Shown here in pieces: positions 1-11,560 of a DNA stretch of 64,000 nt (positions are counted from its first letter, which is position 1; each line of letters begins with the position of its first letter). The translations under genes were made by a program, and so were the position numbers. The notes under the pieces were generated by a model. The model had not been told where the DNA came from. It was given only the letters and a program-made list of their open reading frames with translations, and did no database searches. The DNA lies in NCBI GenBank assembly GCA_002633005.1, contig NMRA01000530.1, forward strand, positions 200,072 to 264,071, written 5' to 3'. The stretch comes from Phoronis australis (taxonomy: Eukaryota; Animalia; Phoronida).

Positions 1-1832
1 AATTGTCCACGAATATAGTAACCTTAGGTCTTTTGGGAATTTCTGGCCACCTGTCGAAGACTTGCACCAGGGAAATTAGCAGTAATAAGGCTTAGCGCGA
101 CGACGTATTTTGATAAAAATTCCATCTTTTACCAGTTGTTTACATGCAGACAGCTACGCATGCGCAATTTAATCACCACTAGTACAGCAGCGACACCGCG
201 AGGAGAATTCTCCGAATAGCCCCATTTCCGACCGGGCGACCAAAAATTCGTGATGTGTGCTGTACGGTAATACGTTAAGTATGACCTTATGCTATAAATA
301 TATTATTGAGAAATTGAAAAATCATTACTATTTTTAAACGTTGCGTTTGTGGAAACTGTTCATTGTGCAACATGGAAAGGGACAACATGTTATTTCATTG
401 AATACTTAAAAAAGATTTCTGTTTGAAGACACAATGTGTTGTAAAAAAAACTGTTAGAACACTTCCGTTCACAAAAGTGTCCGATGTGTAAGATGGGTTC
501 TAACCATGGCCCGGAAACATTTTTTGTGCTCAGCTGGTTTAGAGTGTGAATAACGGTCTGAATCTTGATTGCCTTATGCCTCGTACCCACTTACGTAGTA
601 ACCAATAGCTATTTAATAACAGATTGGGTCCACAAATTCTTTAGGTAGACATAAGCAGAGATGAACAGGTAAGGTAATAACATTAGGAGTGAAAAATTAA
701 TCAGTGATAAAAATACTAATTATATAACATAACATGATGCATGTGGTTAGCAAAATGACAGTGACTGTAATTAAAGTGATTATAATTACGTAACAGCGTT
801 CACACACTTGGCAATTGCGAACTTAATTGTGACCGCGCGGGGTCTGGAGAAATCAACGTGCCTAAAGGGTGTACGTGTAATGGGCAATGGCGGGGAAAAG
901 AAGATCTAATATTTCGAACAAGACGCCATTCAATAAGTACAAGATGTTCAGTTTGTGCATCACAATCACAAAGACGCTGACGGAACGCTGGTCAAAATAA
1001 CGGTGGCTTTTGGGTTTTAAATTATAAAAAAAAACGTATATTTAACCGTAATTTGGCAACAAGGGTTGTCGTTTGCTCAAACACCGACAAGGTTTTCGAT
1101 CCGAAACTGTTTAGGTAAGGTGAGCCAACTTTGCTTTCCGTTTATAACATTTCACCAATACCACACCACTTTAGGAATCAATGTGAACGGTTTCGCTGTA
1201 AATTGACCTCGTTGTATGCAATATCACTCAAATACTTACATTTTTGGCTGGTGTCTGTGACTTTTCCACTCAAAAGCAGACGATCACGCAGTAGAGGGTG
1301 CACTTAGCGCAGAAAATTATTTTTTATGTAATGCACAAGACAGGAGAGTTCCTTAGTAACTCGAGTATGATTTCGAGTCGACTCGAAAATGAACATTGGG
1401 CACGCAATTTCGAGTTCGACTCGACTGAGACAGATTTCGAGTAGAAATTTCCGAGTTCGAGTTCGAGTCTGACATTAGGCACCGGGCCCAGATCCCAGTG
1501 TCCTTGTATAATTAAAAAACAACTTTGGATTTTCAGAATGATTTTGTTTTTCTTCAGTATACTGTGCAACAAGAATTAAAGATTAGGATGACATAAAAAT
1601 GTAAAAAAGTCTAAGTTATTTTTTGTGTATCCACCAGCCTTAAAGGCTGAGTTTTACGATATGCTATACGTTGAGACATTCTAATTATAAAATCGTATAG
1701 TAAAGATATGAAATATGTATTTTACATAAACAGGCCTTAGGCACACATTACACACATTTAAATGATTTAACAAAGGCACTTCTAGAAAACTCCCCGAAGG
1801 CTTGCAGATGTGACGGTAACACTCAGATGTGC

Positions 1833-2310
1833 TCATGTGAATGAATCTTTAACGCGTGCGAAACACATATACATGTAGCGGGATAGGCGACAAGAGTTAA
1901 ATACTACTACTGCGATTACCCCCGACATAAAAGCAACTAAAGACTCACAGTAGCAACCACAGCCACGTTCGTCTTCAATCGCAGACTTGTCATCTGGTTG
2001 ATGGTGACTTATTAGCGCATCATCAACACAATCAGTCTGGTTTTGACGCGTGCTTCTAGTACCGCGTCTCCGCTTTCCGCAGCAAAGGCGTTTAGGCAAA
2101 GGAATTTGACCAAAGAAAACGTTGCCCAAAGGACCCATGGTTTTTTCGGCGTGATTCAATCCTTTCTGTCCACTGTCATTGTCCTCCGGGTGTTTGTACA
2201 CCAAGTAGTAGCCAACGTATATTTTAATGTCGTAATGCGTTAAGGCGAACTGTTTTATAAGGTCTGTGCAAGCCATACACGGTGACAATCTCGTGAAGAG
2301 GTGGATGGTC
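1833..2310 (-). CDS. Last coding exon of secreted AID/APOBEC-like (SNAD-type) Zn-dependent deaminase: SPCxxC motif, polybasic site, C-terminal hydrophobic segment
   Basis: Acceptor ctgttgcAG ends at 2311. The exon reads (R)TIHLFTRLSPCMACTDLIKQF...IKIYVGYYLVY, which is the beta-strand + SPCxxC + helix + strand pattern of the deaminase fold. It joins the 9560 donor in phase 2 (AG|G = Arg). Stop at 1833-1835. Confidence 0.85.
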
Positions 2311-2689
2311 CTGCAACAGATAGGCATTAAAGTGCTGCTTTCAAATTATTCTTTATGCAGTGAGTCGAGAAATGACGCTAACAAGGGAATTAGACCGTAT
2401 TACAAATTTATGTAGCACGTGAGCTCATTCTTAAGAATTTAAAAGTAATGTAATAGGCTTAAGCAGGGGGCGGATCCAGGATTTTNTTTTTTCCATCAAA
2501 TAGCTATAAAGCAGTCGTTGTTTTTCGACATTTCAACTGATAAAACATTTGAATATGATGCCAATAACACATAATTTTATTTCAAACAATTTGTTATATT
2601 GCCTCGAGTTTTTATGGCAAAAACAACTAAAAGATGAAATGATTGTCCCCTAAATTTTTCTTATTTCGAAATTATGATAAAAAAATAAA

Positions 2690-2910
2690 AAAATGCGTAG
2701 AAACCTTAAGAAATTGAAGTACTCAAAAATCCAGAAAATGATTACTTATGCTAACCTAAGAAAATCTGATAACAAGTGACTATAATTTAAGCGGTTAACG
2801 CATTAAATTGACATTGTATAGTAAAATTAATGCGTTTTCAAAAGGATTCAATCAGAACTGGCTCTTCGGTAACCCATGTAAACTTCACTTTTTTGCCCCA
2901 GGTGCCTTTG
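2690..2910 (+). repeat. Dispersed repeat, diverged copy of 38570-38800
   Basis: Colinear shared blocks: aaattgaagtactcaaaaatccagaaaa vs aaatttgaggtactcaaaacccagaaaa; cgttttcaaaaggatt vs cgttttcaaaatgatt; ggtaacccatgt...aggtgcct vs ggtaactcatgt...aggtgcct. Confidence 0.6.
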
Positions 2911-4399
2911 TTCAGGCGGCTGTTGCGGAAAAACTGTTTGATCCCCGCACTTGAACAAACTCAGTTTCGTAGGCAAACACAAAGCCACAAAGCATGAGCA
3001 ATTCCATATAAAAATCAGATGGTGGGCTATATATGCAAAATCACCAATTTTTTGAAACTTAGCACATCAGCTGACCTTGTCAAAAGAAACCTGAGCCTGA
3101 TTTTTTAAGAGTTTCTGAGTTTGTTTTAAACCTTTTTACGACCCCTTTGTACTTTTTCTGAAAAGTAGCAAATAAAAGACTGGGAAGTAGGTGACTTTTT
3201 GTCAACAACAACACATCTTCGCTTCACGCTATTGAAAAAATAACTATACAGCAGAAAGAAGAAAGAATAACATACAAGAAAATTAGTGCGGATGGATTTA
3301 TTGATTTTTATGTCCTCTCATTTTAGCCTACAAAAATGTCATTTTCACTGCTTATTATTAAGGCCATTTTTACGCATTTTTTATCGCTCTCCCAAATCTA
3401 TATCGGATTCTTTTGGAACATGAGTTAACTTCCATCTGTTACTGCTGTCTTTGTTCATTCCAACGCAAGAATAAAAAATCTTGTCTCTTTCATAGTTTTT
3501 GTACAATGAGTCTTTTACATAACTCTCACACTTTTCTGCCAATCTGTGACTGTCAGTTACAATAAAAGACTCTAGGAGGCGCTACTCGATTGTGCAATTA
3601 TCTATCGACCAAGATGCCAAATAGAACAAATATCATTCGTTTTGCTACATCAGTGAAGAAGGAGATCATGGGAAGCTGTATGAGATTTTTTCTTCGCGGT
3701 TTTTCAGTTTTGCTGGTGCAAAAATAAAAATCTATTATAGGATTACAGAACTTAAAAGTCAATTTTAATATACTGATGAGTTAATAATACAACCCCAATC
3801 ACCATCTCATACTTCAGAGAAGCAGGTTTTATTCTTATTAAGGGTGCCCATTACCCCTTGCTTGGTCAGTTAATGAACACCGGCGTAATGGACTAAGAAT
3901 CCCAGCACTGCCTGTAGGGCATGCTGGTCCATTTTCAGACCTCCTTGACAAGTCCCTGTATATGCGCTTGAAAAAGTCCTCTCAAACTATTTTAGCAGAG
4001 TTCATACTAAAACTAATCAAGATCTTCGAGATCACTAGTGAAAAGAGGACGGCGGATAGGAGCAGACGTATCGTGTTATTGGACATACAAAAGGTCACGC
4101 AATGCTTCTTGTACTACACAAAAGCTGCCGAGCATTGTGGCAGTGCGCCAGTGGAATTTGCAATTTCAGAAAAATAACAGTTACGGATATTTACGATTGA
4201 AAACATAGTAATTTCAGTGATATCCAAGTTACCAGCTTTCCAAACCAGTATTTAAACAATTAGATGCTGTTGCGACTTACCAGCTATAAACGTTTCATAA
4301 TATGTAAATTCCGTTCATGCAGCGGACTCAAAACCACAGTTTCTTGAAGGTATGCTAGGTTTAGTGTATGTACGCAACACTTCAAAAAACCGCAAAATA

Positions 4400-5440
4400 C
4401 ATCGAATCCATTCCAAAACAGGAACATGTCATTGTTTCTTTAATAGAAAGCTAGTTACCAAATCCAATAAAAATCCGTCAAGGAATTTAGAAGTAAAAGA
4501 GGAAAACAAAAAGAATGAAATTGCCACTAGGGGGCACAGATTCATTGGAAAGCCATCGTCGCCGGCGTTGTTAACTTCACATAAATACACTTACTAAAAT
4601 TAATCAAGATCCTGCAATGGGTTTAGGAGATACAGCTATGGGCGCAAAAACAAAACTGCCACTAACGGGTGCCACACTAGTCGATGTCGCTGGAAAATCA
4701 TCATTAACCATCCTCTTCACACAAAGAACATATATGCTAATTTTCAAAATTATGCTTAGAGTGGGTTTGGTTGGCAGAGGGGCGGACGCCAAAAACAGAC
4801 TAGGAAACAATACAAATGGCCCTTAGATAGCGTAAAATATGTCAAATCATCCAAAAACGCCGTTTCTGTAATAAAAAGCTGTTAACCAAATTTCATAAAA
4901 ATCCATCAAGGAACTTCAGAGAAACAGCTGAGAAAACGAAAAAAAAATGAAATTGCCACTAGGGGGCACAGTGTTTGTTGGATCCGTCAGAAAGTCGTAG
5001 TCGTCCGCTGTCAACTTCATATAAATACACTTGCTAAATTTAATATAGATCCTGCAATGGGTTTAGTAGAAACAGCCATGGGCGCTACAAAAAACAAAAC
5101 TGCCACTACGAGGAGTCAAAGTCGTCGGAAGGTTATCGTCAACCGTTCTCTTCACACTTAGAACATATATGCCAATTTTCACAATCATTCTATGAATGAT
5201 TTGTTTGATAGAGGGGCAGACTCGAAAACAGTAAAAATGGCCACTGGGTGGAACAAAATACCTCAAATACATCCGAAAATGCGCGAGGATAACGCCATCT
5301 CCCTAATAGATGGTTATTATCCAAATTTCATGAAAATCCGTTGAGGAGCTTTGAAGATACAGAGGTAAATGTATAAAACTAGGATTGTCACTAGGGGGCA
5401 CACCAGTTGTTGGATCCATCCGAAATTTGTCGTCATCTGT
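4400..5440. repeat. Tandem array, ~2.5 copies of a 432-bp unit (three ~144-bp subrepeats), Helentron/DINE-like internal satellite
   Basis: ttg(c/t)cactagggggcac recurs at 4521, 4953 and 5385. ccaaatttcat(a/g)aaaatcc and ataaatacactt...aaattaat...agatcctgcaatgggttta also repeat at the same period. Confidence 0.8.
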
Positions 5441-5989
5441 CATGTGGGCTCATAAAAACCCGGGTTCCATTCAGAAACTAATGAGGTGCACATCTGAATA
5501 CGACTGACCGACTGCATGGCAAAAAGTACTGAATAAGTGAAAATTATGATCAACTGCCATTACAATTTTAAAGGGAACTGAACTGCATTGTCAATTTTTG
5601 AGTCGTGGGGTATAATCATGAGTGGAGCTTCTTTCCATACTTAGAAAATATTTTGACGCAAATATTACAATACAAATTACGGCAAGCAATCACCTCAGGG
5701 ATGGTCGCCATCATTGCTCTGGCATAATCTACTAGCTTCAATGCGACCCGAGCAGACTAGTGGAATGGCAAATCTGGTGACGATTTCATCAGCTCTCACA
5801 AGTCATATGTACTAAAGATGTGTGTAAAGATGGGTCACCTTTTGTACAATTATGTTACATACTTTTTCGTGGTGTTTCGGTATAAACATGGGTCACACCT
5901 TTGAACCATTTGAATAAATGTGGATCACAATTTACAGACTTGCAAGGTATAACATTGTTGCAATTTTCAAAGTCCAGCAGCCCATACTA

Positions 5990-6570
5990 ACCCGCTAACC
6001 GGATAGGCCTATCAGGTTTGTGCACTTGGGCAGTCAGTAAGTCGAAAGTTGTCAGCGAGAGCTAATAAAATATTCTGAACTGAAGTCATGACCTCTTGAC
6101 TCAGGCCAACAGTTGTGATAAATATGAAGTAACTTTTTAGCAATTGCTACAAACATATTACTTGCACCAACAGGGACTAACAAATCAAACTGGCGAAAAA
6201 TCTTTTGCGACACGCGAAAGTCAACGCCCCGTTCAATCTTCCGCTTCGTTTTAGCTGTGTGTTCTGGATAACAGCACGTCAATTTTTGTCTAAAGCCAAG
6301 TCCAAACTCATGTCGATGTGTAAGACATATAACGGGAAATTTCCATTGGTTTGCCAGTCCAGCCTCCTCTCTCCAGCTCTGGCAAGAATCAACTGTAATT
6401 CCGATATACTTTCAAACTTCTGTGGCACTTTGCATGACATCAGATGACTTCTGACGTCTTTAACACAGCTAATGAAGGCCGAATTTCCTCCGCGATCCCC
6501 CTTTAGTAACGAAAATTGACCAAATGTACAAGAAGGAAATTCACGCCTCCCTATTCTTTGCAGTGACAGG
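5990..6570 (-). mobile_element. Decayed DNA-transposase N-terminus, Sola3-like
   Basis: Frameshifted peptides SELQLILARAGE, CCYPEH...ERGVDFRVSQKIFRQFDLLVPVG and ILLALADNF resemble, as I recall them, the Cys-rich N-terminus of invertebrate Sola3 transposases. Superfamily assignment is from memory. Confidence 0.5.
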
Positions 6571-7171
6571 AAGTCATAGGCGGATTTAGGAGGGGGGGCC
6601 AAAGAGCAGTTTTACTGACATGAAAAAATGCAAAATATGACTTTATAGTCAAATAGGTCATATCCCGGTAACCAAAGGTCATTGTGTGCAAATATTGCAG
6701 CAATGCATTTTGGGCCAGCATCCCAACACGTGCACAAAGTATTAGCTCTGTATGAATTTTTGAGTATATGGTGATTTTTCGTTTTCATATGGTTTTTATA
6801 TGGAATCATTCTTAAAAACTATTCAACGATAGCTGTGTCCGCACCCCTTAGGTCGTCTACATGTATTTCAATGGCCAATTTTGTTTTGTTTGATCTTGAT
6901 GTGTTTTAACACAATTAAAATTAGATGAACGACTTGCAGAAGGCGAGTTCAGTGAGTGTGACCACCGAACACCCCTGAGATAAAATGGTGTTCAGATGTC
7001 CTATAGCTCATATGTAATTTACGATGACGCCAATGCAAGTTAAGGTAACCTTACACTAAGGCGATGCTAAGGTGGTGCAGTTTTTCTAACGTCTTGTTAC
7101 TTACGAAACAATGTTTCAAATGTTTGAAATGTGCACAGGTTTTCACGTTCTAATAACTGCAAGGCACGTTT

Positions 7172-7887
7172 TCAGGTTTTGTTTCAAGGTTAAGAATCAT
7201 AAAATGAAATTTAACGCAAAGCAATAGGGCTCTTCCGTATTATACAGCGGCACTCTAATCTCGTCGTATTTACGCAAATTGGTGGGCGCAATATCTGCCT
7301 TACACTTAAATTTTCTATTTCGGGCCATTAAAGTACACGTGTTCTTTGTTGTTTTACTATTCCTTACCCTTTTTCCTCGCCTGAATTACTCTATTCGTCC
7401 TTCCAATGACAAGTAGCATTGGTATTATTAAAGGAACTTTTGATATTTTGTTTGCTGCTCTTGGTCTGTCAAATGCTTTGGAGAAATTATGAGATGCATT
7501 GGTAGGAAAGCTAAACTTTGAAGTGTCTAAGAAGTAGGTCACACCAGTGCAGTGTGCAGTTTTAAACCATATATAAATACCTCCAGCATGACCATGCTTA
7601 TGGGTAGACACAAAACAATGTCAATAACTGACATTCAACATTTGCGNTCAGGTTTTGTTTCAAGGTTAAGAATCATAAAATGAAATTTAACGCAAAGCAA
7701 TAGGGCTCTTCCGTATTACACAGCGGCACTCTAATCTCGTCGTATTTACGCAAATTGGTGGGCGCAATATCTGCCTTACACTTAAATTTTCTATTTCAGG
7801 CCATTAAAGTACACGTGTTCTTTGTTGTTTTACTATTCCTTACCCTTTTTTCTCGCCTGAATTACTCTATTCGTCCTTCAAATGACA
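7172..7887 (+). repeat. Near-identical ~240-bp direct duplication (7172-7411 and 7648-7887) across an N gap
   Basis: The two copies differ at only a few bases and the second starts right after the N at 7647. This suggests a haplotype overlap or scaffolding artefact. Confidence 0.85.
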
Positions 7888-8082
7888 ACGAAATATTACT
7901 GCTGTGCTGTGGGCTGCAACATTCCCCTGTACGAATTTGACAAATATCCGCAGATACGTGATGTAAATAATTTCGTCCCCTTCCCGACATCAAGCAAATG
8001 CAAGAAAATCCGGAGCGAGTGGATAAAACAAATTCGTCGGAATCCCTATTTTCTGCCTTTTCAATCTCGCACTATTCAGTGA
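7882..8082 (+). pseudogene. Truncated THAP DNA-binding domain (transposase N-terminus)
   Basis: MTTKYYCCAVGC...FVPFPT...RSEWIKQIRR...FLP matches the THAP CxxxxC, FP and W pattern. The final CxxHF is lost to a stop. Confidence 0.7.
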
Positions 8083-8342
8083 TTAAAATCGAGAATACTT
8101 CCACAGCCTTGCACCATGACGGTTTCAAACATAACCTATGTTTTGAAAATGTGCCTGCCTTTCCAAAACTGTGTTAATGGAAACGCGCGTTCTTAACTCT
8201 GTAACAAAGCAGGACGTATCGCTGTGTAATCCTAGACTGTCCTACCAACTGATGTGCTGACGATGTGACACTGATTCTCTTGAATTCACCTTTTGGATTT
8301 TTGGTAGTGTACCACAAAATAAATGACAGAAACTGCATTTAA

Positions 8343-9007
8343 AAGAGTCAAAATACTAAAATATGCGTTTTTACAAAATATGTTCTTTGATACACAAAAA
8401 GAACTGTTTCTTGGTGATGTCAGTGTGCCAAACTGTGTCACTTTCATAGAAACTTAGACAGTGACCGCCGTCTCTATTTGTCCAGTGGAGACGGTGTAGC
8501 TCCTAAAGGAGCTTCATACGCCGGAAGTTTTTCAGAGAATGTCTCGCACCTACTAAAACATCAAAGTCATGTTGTTAAATACCTTTTGTGCGTAGAGGAC
8601 ACCTTAGGAGGCCATCGATGTCTTTACTTCTCTCAAACTCGAACACATACTCCCGTTATGTAACTTTTTCTTTGGCAGTCCCTCGTCCACTTCCCAAAAT
8701 CGGTGACTGGACATTTTTACACTGCGCACGCTAAGGAATATGACGTCATACCATCTGCCGCACGCAAGTGGCCAGTTTGCGATTTTGGAAACTGAACGAG
8801 GGACTGCTCGAAGAAAAAAGTGATGACGGGAGTATTTGCCCAAGTTGGAAGTAAAAAGACTTTTTTCATCAGTGTGAGGCATAATTCGCCGAAAAGCTTC
8901 TGGCGTATGAAGCTGCTATCGCCGGGATGTTCTCTACTGAGACAGCTAAAGGCGGTGGTCACTGTATAATAAAAACGCAACACGTTAGTTTAGCCACCTC
9001 GCCTCTT
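8343..9007. mobile_element. MITE with long imperfect TIRs and TTAA target duplication (Kolobok-like termini)
   Basis: TTAA|AAGAG at 8339-8347 and CTCTT|TTAA at 9003-9011. Inverted blocks: acagtgaccgccgtct vs acagtgaccaccgcct, and gcttcatacgccggaagttttt vs gcttcatacgccagaagctttt. Confidence 0.75.
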
Positions 9008-9559
9008 TTAAAGTCCGCAATCTATATGGGCAGCCCTTGATTTTCACACAAAATTTTAAAGAAATATTGACGTGCATATAACACAGCTGTAGTGAACCGA
9101 ATTTTATTATTCGAACACCGATTTCGGTTACCTACTTCTTGCGTTTTACATATATCGGAAATCTTTTATTCTTATTTTTGTACTTTGAAATGCTAAGTTA
9201 TTTATTGCATTTTATGATCCTGCTTGCAAAGCTTGAGGGATGTGTTCTTGAAACATTATCACTAACCGATTTTAAGCCCAGACTCCTCTGGCCATGCGCA
9301 TAATAGTAGCCGGGATATCTGGGCATCGCCTGTTCATTAGGGTCAGTGCAACTGGTAAATCCACGCATAGCATTACTGATACTTGTTTTTACTGGCAAAT
9401 GACCTGAGTTGTCATTATCAGTTGAAATACTCGGAAATGTACACGTGACTCTCTAAGCGACAGTTCTCCTTATATTGTGGTACATCTGATGGCCTCGGCG
9501 GACTCAAAGAGAAAGCGCTCAAAATCACTGTTAGGATTGTGCAACATACTGAGACTTAC

Positions 9560-9945
9560 CTGACTTTCTCTCCAAGATTATTTACTAGCTGCCCAAGCGT
9601 AGAACCAAAAATCTGTTTCTCCGCATGTACGGCCGGGTTTTTTTTGCGCAGCCGCACCCAGTAGTTCATTTTCGTCTCAGGTTGAAGATCATCCCTATAC
9701 ATTTTGTTTTTGTTTACGGAATTCTCGTTTGTCCTGAAGCAGGGTTGGAATGGGTTCTCAATGGAGTTTCCAGCTTTGTTCAAGCTAACTGCTGCATACT
9801 GCGTGTTGCCATTGGTCCACAAATGAAAGAACTGTCCCATGAGAACAAGGAATTCACGATCTTCCTCTGCTAATTTATTGTGTCCTTCAGTAACAAGGAA
9901 AGACGCAGAAATCAGCGCACAGACGATAAGAATTCGCATGGCCAT
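9560..9945 (-). CDS. First coding exon of the secreted AID/APOBEC-like deaminase: signal peptide and HAE motif
   Basis: Acceptor ttctttcAG ends at 9952 and the ATG is at 9945. MAMRILIVCALISASFLVTEG is a signal peptide, followed by QYAAV, NYWVR and VHAEKQI. Consensus donor AG|GTAAGT at 9560/9559. Confidence 0.85.
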
Positions 9946-11030
9946 TGAACTCTGAAAGAAGAACATTATTTAAATTTACAAGAAACTCAGACTTGTTGGT
10001 ACAGCAAATTTTAAATTGTTAAATTAGGCAGTCACGTAGACAATTTGCAAAAGGTCCTCTTTTCTACAAACTGTAGAGGAGGGATTCATGACATTCTTTT
10101 CGTACGACTTTCCATTAAAGTATATCGAATCTCGAATATTGTACCAAACGAAACAAACTTCCACTAATACTCAGCCCCATAGCAAGATAACAACACCGGA
10201 ACAAGGCGCATACACGGCGCAACTTCAGCCACGTGAGATCAATGTTGGCGTAGAGTTGCACAAATAGGCTAGATCTTGAACCGTAACTTCAATTTATTTC
10301 AGTTGTGACCATGTCAGGGGTGCAATTTCGTTTATGTGGGTTCAGACTTTTATATATTAACAATTTTCACTCATTATGATTTGCGCATTTTTTGTGGAAA
10401 AGGAGATTTTCATGCCAATAACATAACAATTTTGAGCTTCAGGGGCGCATTATGCTTCCCTTCAGCCAGTCACAAGCTCAGAAGTCCAGAAGGTGCAGAA
10501 TATTTTCAATGCCCCCATTTGTGTTCTTGTGGGTTAATGCTTCATACTTTTTAAATTCGTCTGTCGAATGTTTTTTTTTTTCTTGCATATGGCATGGAAT
10601 ACTGACATTCTTCAAAAGATTAAATATCTTTTTACTTTATATTTCTAGCAGAAACATATCTAGATGATACACTGTGTAATACCTACATGTATCACCTAAT
10701 GAAGAAACAATGAAGCACAGAAAAATACTCCAAAATTGATACAAAATATCTACGTCACCACAAATATCTCGCAAGTGACATATTTTGTTGGTGAATATTT
10801 GTTTTCGATTTTACATTATGAGATATACCGTAGTCATATCAGAATATTGCTGGATAGTTGCTACCCGGGCCATATACATGTACATGTATCATCGTATTAT
10901 AGATGAGCAATCTATGGATACTACTGTAATGAGTAGCAACTAGAAAGGAAGAACGACTTATTGTGTTTGTGTCAGGAGCTGTCCTCTCGCGGTGCATGGA
11001 ATTCTTCTGCCTTTATTGAGTTATTGCTCG

Positions 11031-11560
11031 TCATTCACGTGGGAGGTCTTCAAGTATATAACATGATGATTGGTCCACTCCTGCATGACTTGCTTCTTTA
11101 AACATGTCTGCGTTTGACTGACGTGGATGGCGTACTGTTTTGCGACATTTGGTGATGAGTCTCAATCCATTGTTTGGAGTCAGATGGCAGAAGCCAGTTA
11201 TCCTGTGCTTTGCCGAATGAACGATGGTAATTGCTTCAGGTAACAGTCGCTGGTATGCTCAGCGTGAATGTAAATCGACACCGAACAGGAACGCTTTCCA
11301 GGATGAGTAGCCTATAAATCCATCCCAGGGTGGTGTGACCACATTGGTCTTGATACTTAATGATAGTGGCCTCGTCTTCTGCTGTGCAAGAGTTTGATGT
11401 TCCGCTTTGATTTCGGATTAACAGGCCGGGTGAGTTTTCTCGTATGCTCCATTGTAAGTTACGTTTACCCGCCAAGATTCCACAAGTTTCGATGCTTTTT
11501 CTTGTGTTGCTTAACTGATCTTGCCGATAGTTTAACCATATCAGATTGAATTACGATTTG
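11031..11560 (-). pseudogene. Intronless AMSH/STAMBP-like JAB1/MPN+ (JAMM) deubiquitinase domain, frameshifted with an internal stop
   Basis: Conceptual translation across frameshifts gives IETCGILAGK...NQSGTSNSCTAEDE...YQDQ...TLGWI(Y)/THP/AFLFGVDLHSR*AYQRLLPEAITIVHS...GFCHLT...GL..ITKC...HP. These are the diagnostic AMSH-family motifs. Confidence 0.85.

Noticed and set aside
1080-1112. Possible degenerate hammerhead (ccgacaagg...ccgaaac)
   Set aside because: The core is too eroded and flanking Penelope homology is unconvincing.
1355-1492. Cluster of TCGAG motifs ending in GGGCCC
   Set aside because: Probably a MITE end, but the partner TIR and TSD could not be defined.
2136-2156. Second HAEK motif in the deaminase (GLNHAEKTM)
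   Set aside because: No properly spaced PCxxC follows, so it is unlikely to mark a second deaminase domain.
3400-4200. Decayed coding-like sequence on the minus strand
   Set aside because: Many stops and no motif I can assign; probably an old TE.
9198-9398. 66-aa minus-strand ORF immediately after the first deaminase exon
   Set aside because: It has no PCxxC and no strong acceptor. The 2310 exon fits both motif and phase.
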